Origin: the human T2T-CHM13v2.0 reference genome, Homo sapiens
Reading direction: 5' to 3' (one strand)
DNA length: 64,000 nt
Assembly: GCF_009914755.1 (NCBI RefSeq)
Contig: NC_060929.1
Shown: one piece after another, positions 12,431 to 31,475 of the stretch
Position numbering within the stretch: position 1 is the stretch's first letter
Layout: each line of letters begins with the position of its first letter
Program-made: the position numbers and the translations under genes
The notes under the pieces: model-generated
The model's input: only the letters and a program-made list of their open reading frames with translations
Databases searched by the model: none
Told to the model about the DNA's origin: nothing

Positions 12431-15400
12431 GCGCCGCAGTGTATTGGTACCTGGCCGACTGGGAACAAAAATGGCTGGTTCTTCAGCACAAAAGATTTGA
12501 GATGCTCTCTCCAGGGAATTTGCCAACTGCTACTCAACCTTTAAAACTCAGCTCACAAAGTCACACCTTCCAGGGGAAGGAACCCTTCCCAAAGATGCTA
12601 CTCCACTCACCCCACCCAAGCTCCCCGTAACCACTGGGCTAGATGCCCACTCTAGGATTTATTCCTAAGACTGTTGGGGAAGGACTGTGCTTTAAGATGA
12701 GTATCCCCAGGCTGTCTCACAGCATGAATGAATGAATGAAACATCCTTCTGTAATCCTTATGGGGAAAGTCAAGCATGTTTGTAACTTATCCCAGTCCAG
12801 TTCTTCACCATTAATATCATTGCTCCCACCTCACTTCCCTTTAGAAAGAGTCAAGGTGTAAATTAGTTAATGATATTGTGCAATGTTGTTCTGTTTCACA
12901 GGTTTACACGCTTAAGGCGCTGAGCCATTAAAGCTTGTGTCCAAGGTCGCAAGGAAAGTGAAGATGGAGTCAGGATAAATACCAACAATCCCAGTGCTTA
13001 GTCAAATGGGTCCTGCAACCACTGGTGTTCAGATACTGGAGCAGAACAATTACAGTCATTATGGTATTAATCTGCACACAACATCTCTGCCAGAGAAATT
13101 ACCAGGGAGATTGTTGAAGTGAGTGTGTGGGTGTGACGTGGTTCCCAGCATCAGCCCAGCCACTGATACGTTGGGCAACCTCGCCATGTCATTTCAAAAG
13201 TCACTTTCCATATCGGCTCATCAGTTATAACAAATGTACCACACTAATGCAACATGTTAATAATAGGGGCAAGTGAGGGTGAGGGGCTGGGAGGGGTCTA
13301 TGGACACTCTCTGTACTTTCTGGCCAATTTTTATGTAAGCCTAAAACTGTTTTTTTAAAGTCTACTAATCTTTTAAAGGTGATTTTCCTGCCAATTATGA
13401 AGATATCGTTAATAATTGCCCCCAATTTGACTCACGTAAAGAATGGTGAGCCAGATCCAATATATAAAGTTTAGATTTTACTGAATCATTTTATTTCTTC
13501 AAAAAGCTTACATCATCAGTTAACAGGGTAAGAAAGTTAAAAAAAAAAACTTACATCAATGTTTTATCAATGTTGATCCCTAGATCACCTTATCAGTTGC
13601 TAAAAAGAAAAAAAAACTGACTCCGAATCTCTGTGGCAAATTGATTTCCTAAGAATTTGCATTTTTTATTTCTTTACCTGTGGATTATATTGAAAGAATT
13701 TGCATTTTAATAAGCACCCCGATAACCAGTTCAGAGCTTGGGAATCGCCACTTTATCAGAATTCATCAGCTTTTCTATATATCCCCATATTCTCAAAAAG
13801 GTGTAAGATAAGCTGTGGCAGCGAAACTCTTACTTGCTGAACAGCAAAATGCATGTTCTAAATAAGATATCTAACCCTCAAGTATCTGGGGTTGAATCAG
13901 TTGTTAAAAAGCAGCGTGTTAAATTTATAAGGGCTTTGACAGGATTGGACAGAGACTGGGAAGCATTTTAAATCAATAGATTTCTAAGAATATCTAGTCT
14001 TATTACCATTTCTTAAAATTTGAGTGCTTCCTCTGAGAGAGTTGTGCTAACCACTGGACAAAGCAGTTTAGACCAAATCTATTAAACCCTGCCCTCTGAG
14101 AAGCGACAGAGGCACAAGAATGGTAATAATAGAAGGATGAGTGTGTTTCCATGAGGCAAAGGTCTGTCTCAACTCTCTGTCCTACCTGTCTTTCAAATAA
14201 ACCAGGCTAACAGAGTATGACATTTTCAAAATAAAACACCCCCAAAAGCTCAAGTTAAGTTATCTTATTTAGTGGCATACATTAATCTACAATCAACAAA
14301 ATTTTAATACTGATTGGATCATTTCCCCACTGAAAGAGAGAGTTGCATATGTATATTTGTGAGTTAAGTAATAACAATCTTCTGTTTTTGTTCTCCACCA
14401 ACAGTTTGTTCGTTTTTAGTTGAAACGGGTTGTCTCATTTCCTTTGTGAATTCAAACTGAGTTCCTTTTGTTGTTGCTGCTGCTGCCATTCCTTGTCTTG
14501 ATGTGTCTTGGGGCGTAGAGTCTTTTCCATTATCTTTTTTTTTTATTAAACACTCACCCCTTAATTGCCCCTGTTAGAATAATGGCTTAATTACTAGTTA
14601 TAGAAAGGGAAAGTTCTCAAAGTTTCTTTCACACAAATTAGAAGTTAATAACTGACAATTCTAAAGTCCTTTCATGCTTAACTAAACAGCAGTCCATCCT
14701 TTGGGCTCACTTACCCTCTTGGATGTTTAAAACATCAAATGTTTTTACCTTCTCAAACAAAAGGGAATTTTTTTAATGTGATTTAAATTTTTACACAAGT
14801 GTTTCTTTTATTTCTCATACCTTAGCATTCAGAAATCCTCAAGGGAATTTTTTTCTGCTGAAACTGAAAACAATTGTAGGTGGTTTCAATAGAATAAATT
14901 TGGGAGAAAATACCTGAAATGTTTCACATTGTAATAGAAGTAAGTACAGAAGAATAAACATAGAACTAAAATGGGGAGAAGACACTGGAAGAACTCATTT
15001 CTGCCAGCGGTTGTATTTCTCTACAAGATGAGCTAGGGCAAGGATGTCATTCACCTCATTAGAGAGCATGTGATGGACAGTTAATTCTAACTAAATCCCC
15101 ATCACTTCAAACTACAGCAAGAATGCCTCCTACAGCTGATAGCCTACAAAAATCATGGAGTGTTAGTTTCACAAATTAATCAGTTTTCATGTTTGGGGCT
15201 GGTCCTGTTGCGTATAATAAAGAAAAAGTACAAAAATCCCTGAAACCCTGAAAAGCTGCCTAATGATTAAGCCCGCTCGGAGCTATGTTTGACATCTCGC
15301 TTTCTCTCTTGATGTTTTTGTGTCTTTATGACCCTCTCTCTTCCATTACTCCAGGGTGGCTCAGAGACTGACTGCAAAGTTTATCATCTCTCTACCATTA

Positions 15401-15774
15401 TTGTTAATCACAACATGTTTGCCACTTCCAAACCTTGTGTCCTCACTTATTCCTCTTGCTTGCATCTTCAGCCTTTCCCACTCAGTATCCAAGCCAATAA
15501 ACAAGATCGTGTCGGCTCTATTTGAAAACAGCTGCTCGTTAACCCAATTGCTCTCTGAACTACTGGACCATCTCTCTTCAAATGCCCAACTTCTCACTGC
15601 TGTACTTCATCCTCCAAGCAATCAACCCTTAAACCCCTCATGATCTGATTTTTGTCCCCCACCCCACTCCCTTGAAAGTCTCTGTAACCTCAAATCATCA
15701 AATTCAACAGCCTGTTTTCCAATTTCACTCTCCTTGACATTCCCCTCTTTAAAAATTCTTTAACTTCTTAGCTT

Positions 15775-17652
<1,878 letters not shown>

Positions 17653-17998
17653 TTTTAGCTTTTGTGACCCTCTGTTTGTCTGGCTCTCCCATCTCTTTGA
17701 CCACTTTCTTCCCCTTGTAGGCTCCCCTTCTCCTTCTCCCTCCAAAGTATGGTGGATCCCGAGCACATGTTCTTCCCCCTATTCTTATGTTCTCACCATT
17801 AATTCTCTGTACTTCACCTGCCATGTCTTCATAAATGATCCCCAAATCTATAATTCAAGCTATAAGAAGTCCCAGCCACAGGCCAGGTACCGTGGCTCAT
17901 GCCTGTAATCCTAGCACTTTGGGAGACTGAGGCAGGTGGATTGCTTGAGCTTAGTAGTTTGAGACTAGCTTGGGCAACATAGAAAAACGCCATCTCTA

Positions 17999-18214
<216 letters not shown>

Positions 18215-19262
18215 CTACATTTCCAACCATTCGTTGAATTTTTCCTAGTGAGGTTCTTCTCACACTTCAAAACCTTCTTCACTCTCCCATCAACTTCTAT
18301 CAACTTCCCTATATCTATTAATGTAATAGTCATAATTCAGTCACTGTAATGAGAGGGTATCTGTCTTTCAGAGCTGCCCTAAATCTTCTGATGATCTTAC
18401 ACACATGCAGGTCTATCCCCATCAAAGCCTCCCTTGCTTTACATATGTGACTTCGGTTTTATTAATCGATACCCTCATTTGTGGGTTTAATCTAGGAAAC
18501 AAACTATGAGGAGACCAGGGAGACTCAGAGCATCAATTTCAGTGGTTCAGGTCATGGCAGAGGTAATGTTTTCATAATTTTTAAAATCAAATTATGTACA
18601 TCTCCAGGGATCCCACCCACCCAAAGGGAAGCAATACAAAACAAAACAAAACAATATAAAATGGAGAGCAATACAAAACAACAAGAGGCTGGCCGCCCAA
18701 GAAAGTTGAGACTAAGATTCATGGGGTTCATCACAGGGCCAATTTTATGTAAACTCTTATTAGTGAGGCTTTGTTTTCCCCACCGAAAATTGCCTGATAT
18801 CACCACTATTAATTTTGCTTCTGGAATGAGTTGAGAATATTTTTGGATTTTTTATTTCCAGAGCTTCCATCAAATGCAAGTGTGTGCTGCTGAAGTATTA
18901 GGAAAAATCAATTAAGTGCACAGAGTTGTTTATATAAGAATATCCGGACAAAATTGTTTAGAAAAGTTAAAAACCTGGCTGGGAGAGGTAGCTGATGCCT
19001 GTAATCCCAGCACTTTGGGAGGCCGGGACAGGCAGATCACCTGAGGGTCAGGAGTTGGAGACCAGCCTAGCCAACATAGTAAAACCCTGTCTCTACTAAA
19101 AATACCAAAAAAATTTGCTGGGCCTGGTGGCGCGCCTGTAATCCCAGCTACCCGGGAGGCTGAGGCAGGAGAATCGCTTGAACCCAGGAGGCGCGGTTAC
19201 AGTGAGCCGAGATCGTGCCGTTGCACTCTAGCTTGGGCAACAAGTGAAAACTCCGTCAGAAA

Positions 19263-19390
19263 GGAAGGAAGGAAGGAAGGAAGGAAGGAAGGAAGGAAGG
19301 AAGGAAGGAAGGAAGGAAGGAAGGAAGGAAGGAAGGAAGGAAGGAAGGAAGGAAGGAAGGAAGGAAGGAAGGAAGGAAGGAAGGAAGGAA
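19263..19390 (+). repeat. (GGAA)32 pure microsatellite grown from an Alu tail
   Basis: Uninterrupted GGAA from 19263 to 19390. It lies inside the Alu TSD gttaaaaacctgg. Confidence 0.97.
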
Positions 19391-19529
19391 GGAGAGAAAG
19401 AAAGAAAGAAACAAAGAAACAAAGAGAAAGAGAAAGAAAGTTGGTTAAAAACCTGGACACAACCTAAAAGCCTCTCAGAAGGAGATAGGTTAAGCAAACT
19501 ATGGTAAATGTGCATAGTGACATACTCTT

Positions 19530-20230
19530 TGTGTTAGTTGTCTGTTTTGTATAACAAGCCACCTAAAACTAAGTGGCTGAAGACAATGACTTGTTATTTC
19601 TTGATGGGGCTTGACCTCTGTGCTGTTATCTGGGCTCTCTCGGGTGACTGCAGTCAGTTAGCTGCTCAGCTGTGTCTTGTGATCTAGGATGGCCTCCCGC
19701 ACAGGACAGGAGCTCATGGGGATGGCTTGGATAGCTGGTTCACTCTCTCCACGTGGCCTTTACACTACGACAGTCTCAGGAATGCATTAGGATGACAGCA
19801 AAAGCTGCAAGACCTTGTGCAGTTGCTTCTGCCATATTTAATTGGTCGAAGCCTGACATAAAGCCAGCCCAGACCCCAGACCTCAGACCCCAGACTCTTT
19901 TTTTGTTGTTGTTTTTTGAGACAGGTTCTTACCCTGTCACCCAGGCTGGAGTGCAGTGGCATGATCTCAGCTTACTGCAACCTCCTCCTTCCGAGTTCAA
20001 GAGATTCTCCTGCCTTAGCCCACCATGCCTGGCTAATTTGTTTTACATTTTTAGTAAAGACAGCGTTGCACCATGTTGGCCAGGCTGGTCTCGAACTCCA
20101 GACTCAAGCAATCTGCCTGCCTTGGCCTTCCAAAGTGCTAAGATTTCAGGCGTGAGCCACGGAGCTTGGCCCAGATCCCAGACTGTCTTGATGGAAGGAA
20201 TTGCAAGGAATCTGTGGCCACTGGTGGGAG
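19530..20230 (-). mobile_element. Old MLT1-type MaLR LTR interrupted by an Alu
   Basis: tgtgttagtt...ataacaagccacctaaaactaagtggctgaagacaa terminus, and tcttgatggaaggaattgcaa. Confidence 0.6.
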
Positions 20231-20244
20231 AGGGAAGGGTAAAA

Positions 20245-21000
20245 TTCACATAACTCCAAATTTAGCATTCTCAAGTGTACAATTCAGTGGCATTTGGTAC
20301 ATTCACAGTGTTGTACGAGCATCACCACTCTCTAGTTCCAGAATATTTTCATCCCTCCAAAACTAAACCAATACTCATTACTTCTCTGATTCCTGTCAAC
20401 CCCTAGCCTCCATTAACCACTCATTTGTTTTCTGTCTTTGTGGATTTGCCTATTCTGGATATTTCATGTGAATGGAATCATGCAATAGGTGACCTTTTAG
20501 ACTGGCTTCTTTCATTCAGCATAGTGTTTGCAAGGTTCATCCATGTTGTGAATTCATTCCTTTTTATCACCTGAGTAATATTCCATTATATCAAGCTTGT
20601 CCAACCTATGACTTTGAATGCCACCCAACAAAAATTTGTAAACTTTCCTAAAACATTATGATTTCTTTTTTGCAATTTTAAAAAACTCATTAGCTATATC
20701 ATTAGTGTGTTTTATGTATGGCCCAAGACAATTTTTCTTCCATTGCAGCCCAGGGAAGCCAAAAGATTGGACACCCTTGCATTATATGAATATACCTCAT
20801 TTTTACAATCCATTCATCCGTTGATGGACATTTGGGTTGTTTTCACATTGGGGCTACTGTGAATAGTGCTACTACGAACATTCATGTACCTGTTTTCAGT
20901 TATGTGGGGAATATACCTAGGAGTGGAATTGCTGAATCACATGGTAATTCTATGTTTAACTTTTTGAAGAACTGCCAGACTGTTTTCCATTGTGGCCATT
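20245..21000 (-). mobile_element. L1M (L1MB-like) 3' fragment
   Basis: ggatttgcctattctggatatttcat, ttgatggacatttgggttgttt and tacctaggagtggaattgctg. Confidence 0.85.
20592..20779. mobile_element. MER30 (hAT-Charlie MITE) nested in L1
   Basis: caagcttgtccaacc...agattggacacccttg termini with a perfect 8-bp TSD cattatat. Confidence 0.88.
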
Positions 21001-21304
21001 TTTAATTCAATATACTATCAAACAGCAAAAATGATTAATATATCGGTATTAATGTGGAGGTATGAATATGTAAAAGAAAAGTTACAGAATGACATGTTTC
21101 ATTGGTACCTTATAGAAATGTTTAAAAAACAGTGACTTCAACCAGCCTGGCCAACATGGTGAAACCCCGTCTCTACTTTTTTTTTGTATTTGTAAAAATA
21201 CAAAAATTAGGCCAGTCACACTGGCTCACACCTGTAATCCCAGCACTCTGGGAGGCCAAGGTGGGTGAATAACCTGAGGTCAGAGGTCAAAACCACCCTG
21301 GTCA

Positions 21305-21691
<387 letters not shown>

Positions 21692-21720
21692 TTAAAGCAA
21701 ATATGCTTATTTTTCTCTCA

Positions 21721-21852
<132 letters not shown>

Positions 21853-21876
21853 TTATATAAATTAAAAATTAATAAT

Positions 21877-22260
21877 GGATATGGTTTGGCTCTGTGTCCC
21901 CACCCAAATCTCGTGTTGAATTGTGACCTCTAGTGCTGGAGGAGGGGCCTGGTGGGAGGTGATTAGATGATGGGGGTGGACTTCCCCCTTTGCTGTTCTT
22001 GTGATGGGGAGTGACTTCTCATAAGATCTGGTTGTTTAAAAGTGTGGAGGACTTCTGTCTTCACTCTCTCTCTCCTGCTGGTCATGTGAAGATGTAGTTG
22101 CTTCCCCTTCACCTTTCACCATGATTGTAAGTTTCCTGAGGCCTCCCCAGCCATGCCTCCTGTACAACCTGTGGAACTGTGAGTCAAATAAACCTCTTTT
22201 TTTCATAAATTACCCAGTTGCAGGTAGCTCTTTATAACAGTATGAGAATGGACTAATACA
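21877..22260 (+). mobile_element. MST/THE1-type MaLR solo LTR
   Basis: gatatggtttggctctgtgtccccacccaaatctc...gactaataca, with TSD ataat. Confidence 0.88.
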
Positions 22261-22465
22261 ATAATTTTTTTAAAAGGCTGGAGGACAGGGATGTTCCTTA
22301 AGGTACTCAGGACACCAGCTCCTTGCAGTTCTCTCACCAGTATTCTGGTGTGGCCCTCAGCCTCACCCATCAGGAAGGCAACCTTGCTTCCTCGGCAGCA
22401 GGGCATGGCAGGAATAAGGAAGGAGGAAAAATGAACCTGCCTGCTCTTTTAGGGACAATTTCAAA

Positions 22466-22810
22466 ACCTCTTTCTTTTGTAAATTGCCCAGTCTCAATAT
22501 GTCTTCATCAACAGTGTGAAAATGGACTAATATAGGGTCCTAATCCATTCTGACTGCTATCCTTAGAAGAGGAGACTTGGACATACAGAGAAACACCAGG
22601 GATGCTCACTCACAGAGGAAAGACCACATGAGGATGCAGTGAGAAGGCAGCTGTCTGCAAGCTAAGGAGAGAGGCTGCAGGAGAAATCAACCCTGCTGAG
22701 ACCTTGATCTTGGACTTCCAGCCTCCAGCATTGTGAGAAAATGAATTTCTGTTGTTTAACCCACCCAGTCTGTGTTATTTTGTTATGACATCCCTAGCAA
22801 ACTCATACAG
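22466..22810 (+). mobile_element. THE1/MST 3' fragment fused to an MLT1 LTR 3' half
   Basis: aaacctctttcttttgtaaattgcccagtctc...gactaata, then taatcca...ggacttccagcctccag...agcaaactcataca. Confidence 0.7.
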
Positions 22811-23148
22811 GGAGTCAGAAGAAAATTCCCAAAGAAAGCTGTACTTGAACCAGGGCTCCATGGACGAGTCAGAGTCCACCAAATGGCGAAGACAGGAAAG
22901 CACATTCTAGGCACATGGCATATGGAAGGACCCAGAGGTATGAGAAGCATTTTTAGCAAAGGGTACCAAGTTCAGAGCGCTTAGGGCAGAGAGTGTGTGG
23001 GTGGAGTCATAAAAGACAAACTGGAAAGTTTGCTTTAAACTCCCATTCAACTGGTTTAAAATTAGTAGTATGCTGGTTAACATTGGAGAACTGACTCTTT
23101 GGAGAGGTTAGCTGTGATCTGCAACACTTACCAGTTTCTCTGGTGTAA

Positions 23149-23395
<247 letters not shown>

Positions 23396-24069
23396 TAGCC
23401 AGGATGGTCTCGATCTCCTGACCTCATGATCCACCCACCTCGGCCTCCCAAAGCGCTGGGATTATAGGCATGAGCCACCGCGCCTGGCCTACATCTGCTA
23501 TTTCGTAGGTTACTGTACTTGCCCTTGGCAGGTTTAGACTCAACAAATGAAGTAATGCATAACCAATTTTTCATCTAGCCGAAGAGATCACACAAATGCA
23601 TGCACAGACAAAAGGAGCTTGAGGTGATTGCTGAAGAAGATAAGAGATTTTGGGCCTCAGAGGAGAAGGCATCTCCATGGTGGCAGTGGTAGTTTCAACC
23701 ATCACAGGGCGGGAGAGATGAACCTGAGCCTTCAGGAAGAAAAGGAAGGGTAATTTTGGGCATTCAGAAGAAGATAAAAAGGTGTAGAGCTCCAGAGAGG
23801 TAGGGAGAGAGAAGACTGTGAGATGGAGAGGGGTTTGAATGAGGGAGTTTTCTGTTTCTTTTTTTAATTTTATTTTTGAGACAGGATCTGGCTCTGTTGC
23901 CCAGGCTCTAGTGCAGCGGCATAGTCTTGGTTCACTGCAACTTCCACCCCCTGGCTCAAGCAATCCTCCTGTCTTGGACTCCTGAGTAGCTGGGACTACA
24001 GGTTTGCACCACCATACCTGGCTAATTTTTTTTTCTTTTTTTTGTAGCTGTGGGGGTTTCACCATGTAG

Positions 24070-24270
<201 letters not shown>

Positions 24271-24706
24271 TGATCCAGCAGCCTCGGCCTCCCAGAGTGC
24301 TGGGATTACAGGCGTGAGCCACTGCGCCCCACCTACCAGATCCTTTTGAGGCTGATAAAGCACTTTGGGACCTGCCTCCTGCCTCTGTCTCCTCCAATCC
24401 CCACCCCATAACCACATCGGCCTCCCTGTGCCCAGAGCACAGCAGCCATGCAGCTTGATCCTATCTCAGGGCCTTTGCACTTGTGTTTCTATCACCTGCA
24501 GTGTTTCCTCACCCTCCACTTACCCCCACTCACTCTGCATGACTGCCTTGTCTCTTCACTGAGGACTCAGCTCACATGTTATCCCATCAGCCTATCTAAT
24601 TCTGCACTGACACATCAGTCCTACCTACCCCCACCCCACCTGATGTTCCTCACAGCATTCATCACTCGATGAAATGATATTATGTATGCTTTTTTTCTTT
24701 TTCCCC

Positions 24707-24923
24707 CAGGGGTCAGCAAACTGAAGCTCAAGGGGCCGATTTGGCACAAAGCCTGTTGCAGAAATGAAGTTTTATTAAAACACTTCCATTCATTTCCACA
24801 TCGTTCAAGACTGTTTTTCACTCTGATGGCAGAGTTGAGTAATTGCAACAGAGACCATATGACCTTCAAAGTCTAAAAAATATTTATTATCCCTTCCTTT
24901 AAGAAGAGATGTGCTGATCCCTG
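24707..24923. mobile_element. MER58A
   Basis: caggggtcagcaaact...ggcagagttgagtaattgcaacagagacc...gctgatccctg. Confidence 0.8.
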
Positions 24924-24948
24924 GTTACTTGTTTACAGTGTTTTCATG

Positions 24949-26272
<1,324 letters not shown>

Positions 26273-26535
26273 CTGTGTTTATTGTCAGGAAAATATAACA
26301 GGGAAAAGTTAGGAAGTCAGCTCCTTGAGAGCAGAAGATTTGTCTGTTTTATTCCCTGCTGTGTGCTCGGCACCCATAATGCCTGTTGTTATTGTATAAA
26401 TAAAAGAACAGGAACGGGCTGGGTGTGGTGGCTCACGCCTGTAATCCCAGCACTTTGGGAGGCCGAGGTGGGTGGATCACGAGGTCAGGAGATCGAGATC
26501 ATCCTGGCTAACACGGTGAAACCCCGTCTCTACTA

Positions 26536-27093
<558 letters not shown>

Positions 27094-27242
27094 TAGTAGA
27101 GACAGGGTTTCACCGTATTGGCCAGTCTGGTCTCAAACTCCTGACCTACAGTAATCCACCCACCTCGGCCTCCCAAAGTGCTGGGATGACAGATGTGAGC
27201 CACCACGCCTGGCCAACGCTACAGTATGTTAAGGAGAGCTAG

Positions 27243-27530
<288 letters not shown>

Positions 27531-29444
27531 TGATCCACCTGCCTCGGCCTCCCAAAGTGCTGGGATTACAGGCGTGAGCCACCGTGCCCGGCCTTGTATC
27601 ACATTCTTTAATGTTCATGTCAGCCCAGTGAGGGAGGTTTCATTCTACCCATTTTATACATGTGGAAACCTCCACTCACAGAATTCAAGTTCATTTTCCA
27701 AGATCCCACCATTGACCTATGGCCTCCAGCTCCAGGAAGTTTCTCAAGCTACCCTCTTTCTTCTGCCCCATCTTGCCCGGAAAGGACATAAACTTCGGTG
27801 TCAGACAGAACTGGGTTCAAAATCAGACTTCCTGGCTCTGCAACTCAGTCCTTGGCACTTTGTTTACTGTAAAGCTGGGAAATAACCTCCACCTATTTCT
27901 CAGCGTCTTGAGGATTAGATCAGACAGGTAAACTCTTCACAGAAGTGCCTGCCACATAGTGGATGCTCAAAAATGTCAGTTCCCAGCTGGGAGCAGTGGC
28001 TGATGCCTGTAATCCCAGCACTTTGGGAAGCTGAGTCGGGCAGATCACTTGAGGCTAGGAGTTCAACACCAGCCAGGCAACAAAGCAAGACCCTGTCTCT
28101 ACCAAAAAAATAAAAAAATAAAAAATAAAATTAGCGAGGCGGCAGAGATGGAAGAATTGCTTGAGCCCAGGAGTTCTGGCTGCAGTAAGTCATGATAGCG
28201 CCATTGCACTCCAGCCTGGGCTACAGAGCAAGACCTAATCTCAAAAAAAAAAAAAAAAAAAAAGAGTCAGCTGCCTTTGCTCTTTGTTAGGACAATGACT
28301 AGGACAAGTTTCACTGGGTCCAAGGTTTCCTTTCTGCCTGCTGGGGGCAGGGTGCACTGAGGCAGCCCTCTTGCCTGGGGAAGCAGGTGTGTTTGTGTCT
28401 TTGCAGTTGGGAGCACTCTCACCTGGGCTGGAAAACTTTCGTGACCTTTTCCCCCCACAGCTTTCTCTTTTTGACCCTGTCCACTTACCTTGGTTGGAAA
28501 CAACCCCATGCCTCTTCAACTGCTTTACCCTTGAGCCATAGAGTTCTGCTGAGACTCATTCTGCCTCCACCCTCCCATTCCAAGCTCCCTAGTTCCAGAC
28601 ACTGCCCCAGAACAAACAGAGAAATTTGAACAGAAAGCAATGCCCAGCAAACCATAAAACTACCTGTGGTCTTGGCACTGGCATTCGAGTAAGCGCAGAG
28701 AATGATGTAAATGGGAAAAGTCCTGATGAGTTTTGCAGGAATCTTAAAATGTTAAGAATGTAATAAATTTGATGTTGCCAGAAAACAGACAAGAGTAGGG
28801 TAGGGGAGGTAGGGGGTTTGGGGGGACACGGGGCGGGGCCGGGGGTTGTGGGAAAAGTAACTGGGTAATATGTTAGAGGTTCCGAATTAGTCATCCGGTT
28901 CTTTGAATTAAGCAAGAAAAACCAACCCTGGCAAACGTAAGAGGGAAAATGAATTTACTTTTAAAAATTTATTATTATTTTATTTAGCCAAGTGAGACTC
29001 AAGGGGAAATGAATTTATGTGCGGCATATTGGGTAACTTGTAGAATCCAAGAGTAGAAACTTCCTCTTCCAGCACCACATGGCATTACTAGGTAGCATTT
29101 CTTCCCACATGCACCTCGATAGGCTCAGTATGACCGCTAGGCATCCTTTAAAATTCATATATGGCACTTTAGGAGGCTGTGGCGGGTGGATTACTTTAGG
29201 TCAGGAATTCGAGACCAGCCTGGCCAATATGGTGAAACCCCGTTCCTACTAAAAATACAAAATTTAGCCAGGCATGGCGGTGGGCACCTGTAATCCCAGC
29301 TACTCGGGAGGCTGAGGCAGGAGAATCTCTTGAACCCAGAAGCGGAGGTTGCAGTGAGCTGAGATAGTGCCATTGCACTACAGCCTGGCGACAGAGTGAG
29401 ACTTTGTCTCAAAAAAATACATAAAAATAAAAATAAAATTCATA

Positions 29445-30085
29445 TACGTGCACATATGTCCAAATTAAGGGACATTCTACAAAATGCCTGACTAGTATTC
29501 CTCATATTGTCAAGGTCATTGAAAATAAGGAAGGGGCTGGGCACAGTGGCTCACACCTGTAATCCCAGCACTTTGGGAGGCCGAGGTGGGTGGATCACGA
29601 GGTCAGGAGATCAAGACCATCCTGGCCAACATGGTGAAACCCCATCTCTACTAAAAATAAAAAATTAGCTGGTCGTGGTAGCGTGTGCTTGTAGTCCCAG
29701 CTACTCAGGAGGCTGAGGCAGGAGAATTGCTTGAACCTGGGAGGCGGAGGTTGCTGAGATGGCACTGTTGCACTCCAGCCTGGTGACAGAGTGAGACTCT
29801 GTCTCAAAAAAAAAGAAAAAGAAAATAAGGAAGTTTCGAGAAACTGTCACAGACTAGGGAAAGTAAGGAGACCTGATGACTAAATGTATGGTGGGATCTT
29901 GGAACAGAAAAAGGACATTTGTGGAAAAACTAGTGGAATCTGAATGCAGTCTGGGGATTAGCTCATGGTGATGTACCCATGTTGGTTTCTCAGTTTTGAC
30001 AAATGGTCCAAGATGTCAACACAATACACGGAACTCTCTGTACTATCTTTGCCACTTTTCTGTAAATCTAAAATTATTCCTCCAA
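29445..30085 (+). mobile_element. L1MC/MB-type 3' end interrupted by an Alu
   Basis: gggacattctacaaaa, gaaactgtcacagacta, and gaactctctgtactatctttg...ctgtaaatctaaaattatt. Confidence 0.75.
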
Positions 30086-30389
30086 AGAGTGTCCTTAAAA
30101 ATTTTATAAATCTGCTCACAAGAAGGTAAGGGAAATCCACAAAAGCCCCAAAGGAAGTCAAGGCAAAACCCCAAATAGCAAGTGATTCCCCAGCGAATGA
30201 GGAACAGGAGCCCAGGTCTGAGTTACTGCTAAGATTCTTGCCTAAAGCAGGAACCCTCAAGGGCCTATACCCTCAGAAATTCACAGCACTGAAAATTCCC
30301 AAGTCTTGTCAAAGGTCCTGACAAAAAAAACTTGTCAATTTAGGCTTTGATTTGGTGTAAAAAATGGAATCTCCCCTGAGAATTCTTAA

Positions 30390-30710
<321 letters not shown>

Positions 30711-30748
30711 TAAAAAATCCTGATTTAGAACTTTAATTTATAGTATCT

Positions 30749-31475
<727 letters not shown>

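Noticed and set aside
19197-19515. (PSFL)n / (KEGR)n repeat ORFs
   Set aside because: Translation of the GGAA microsatellite.
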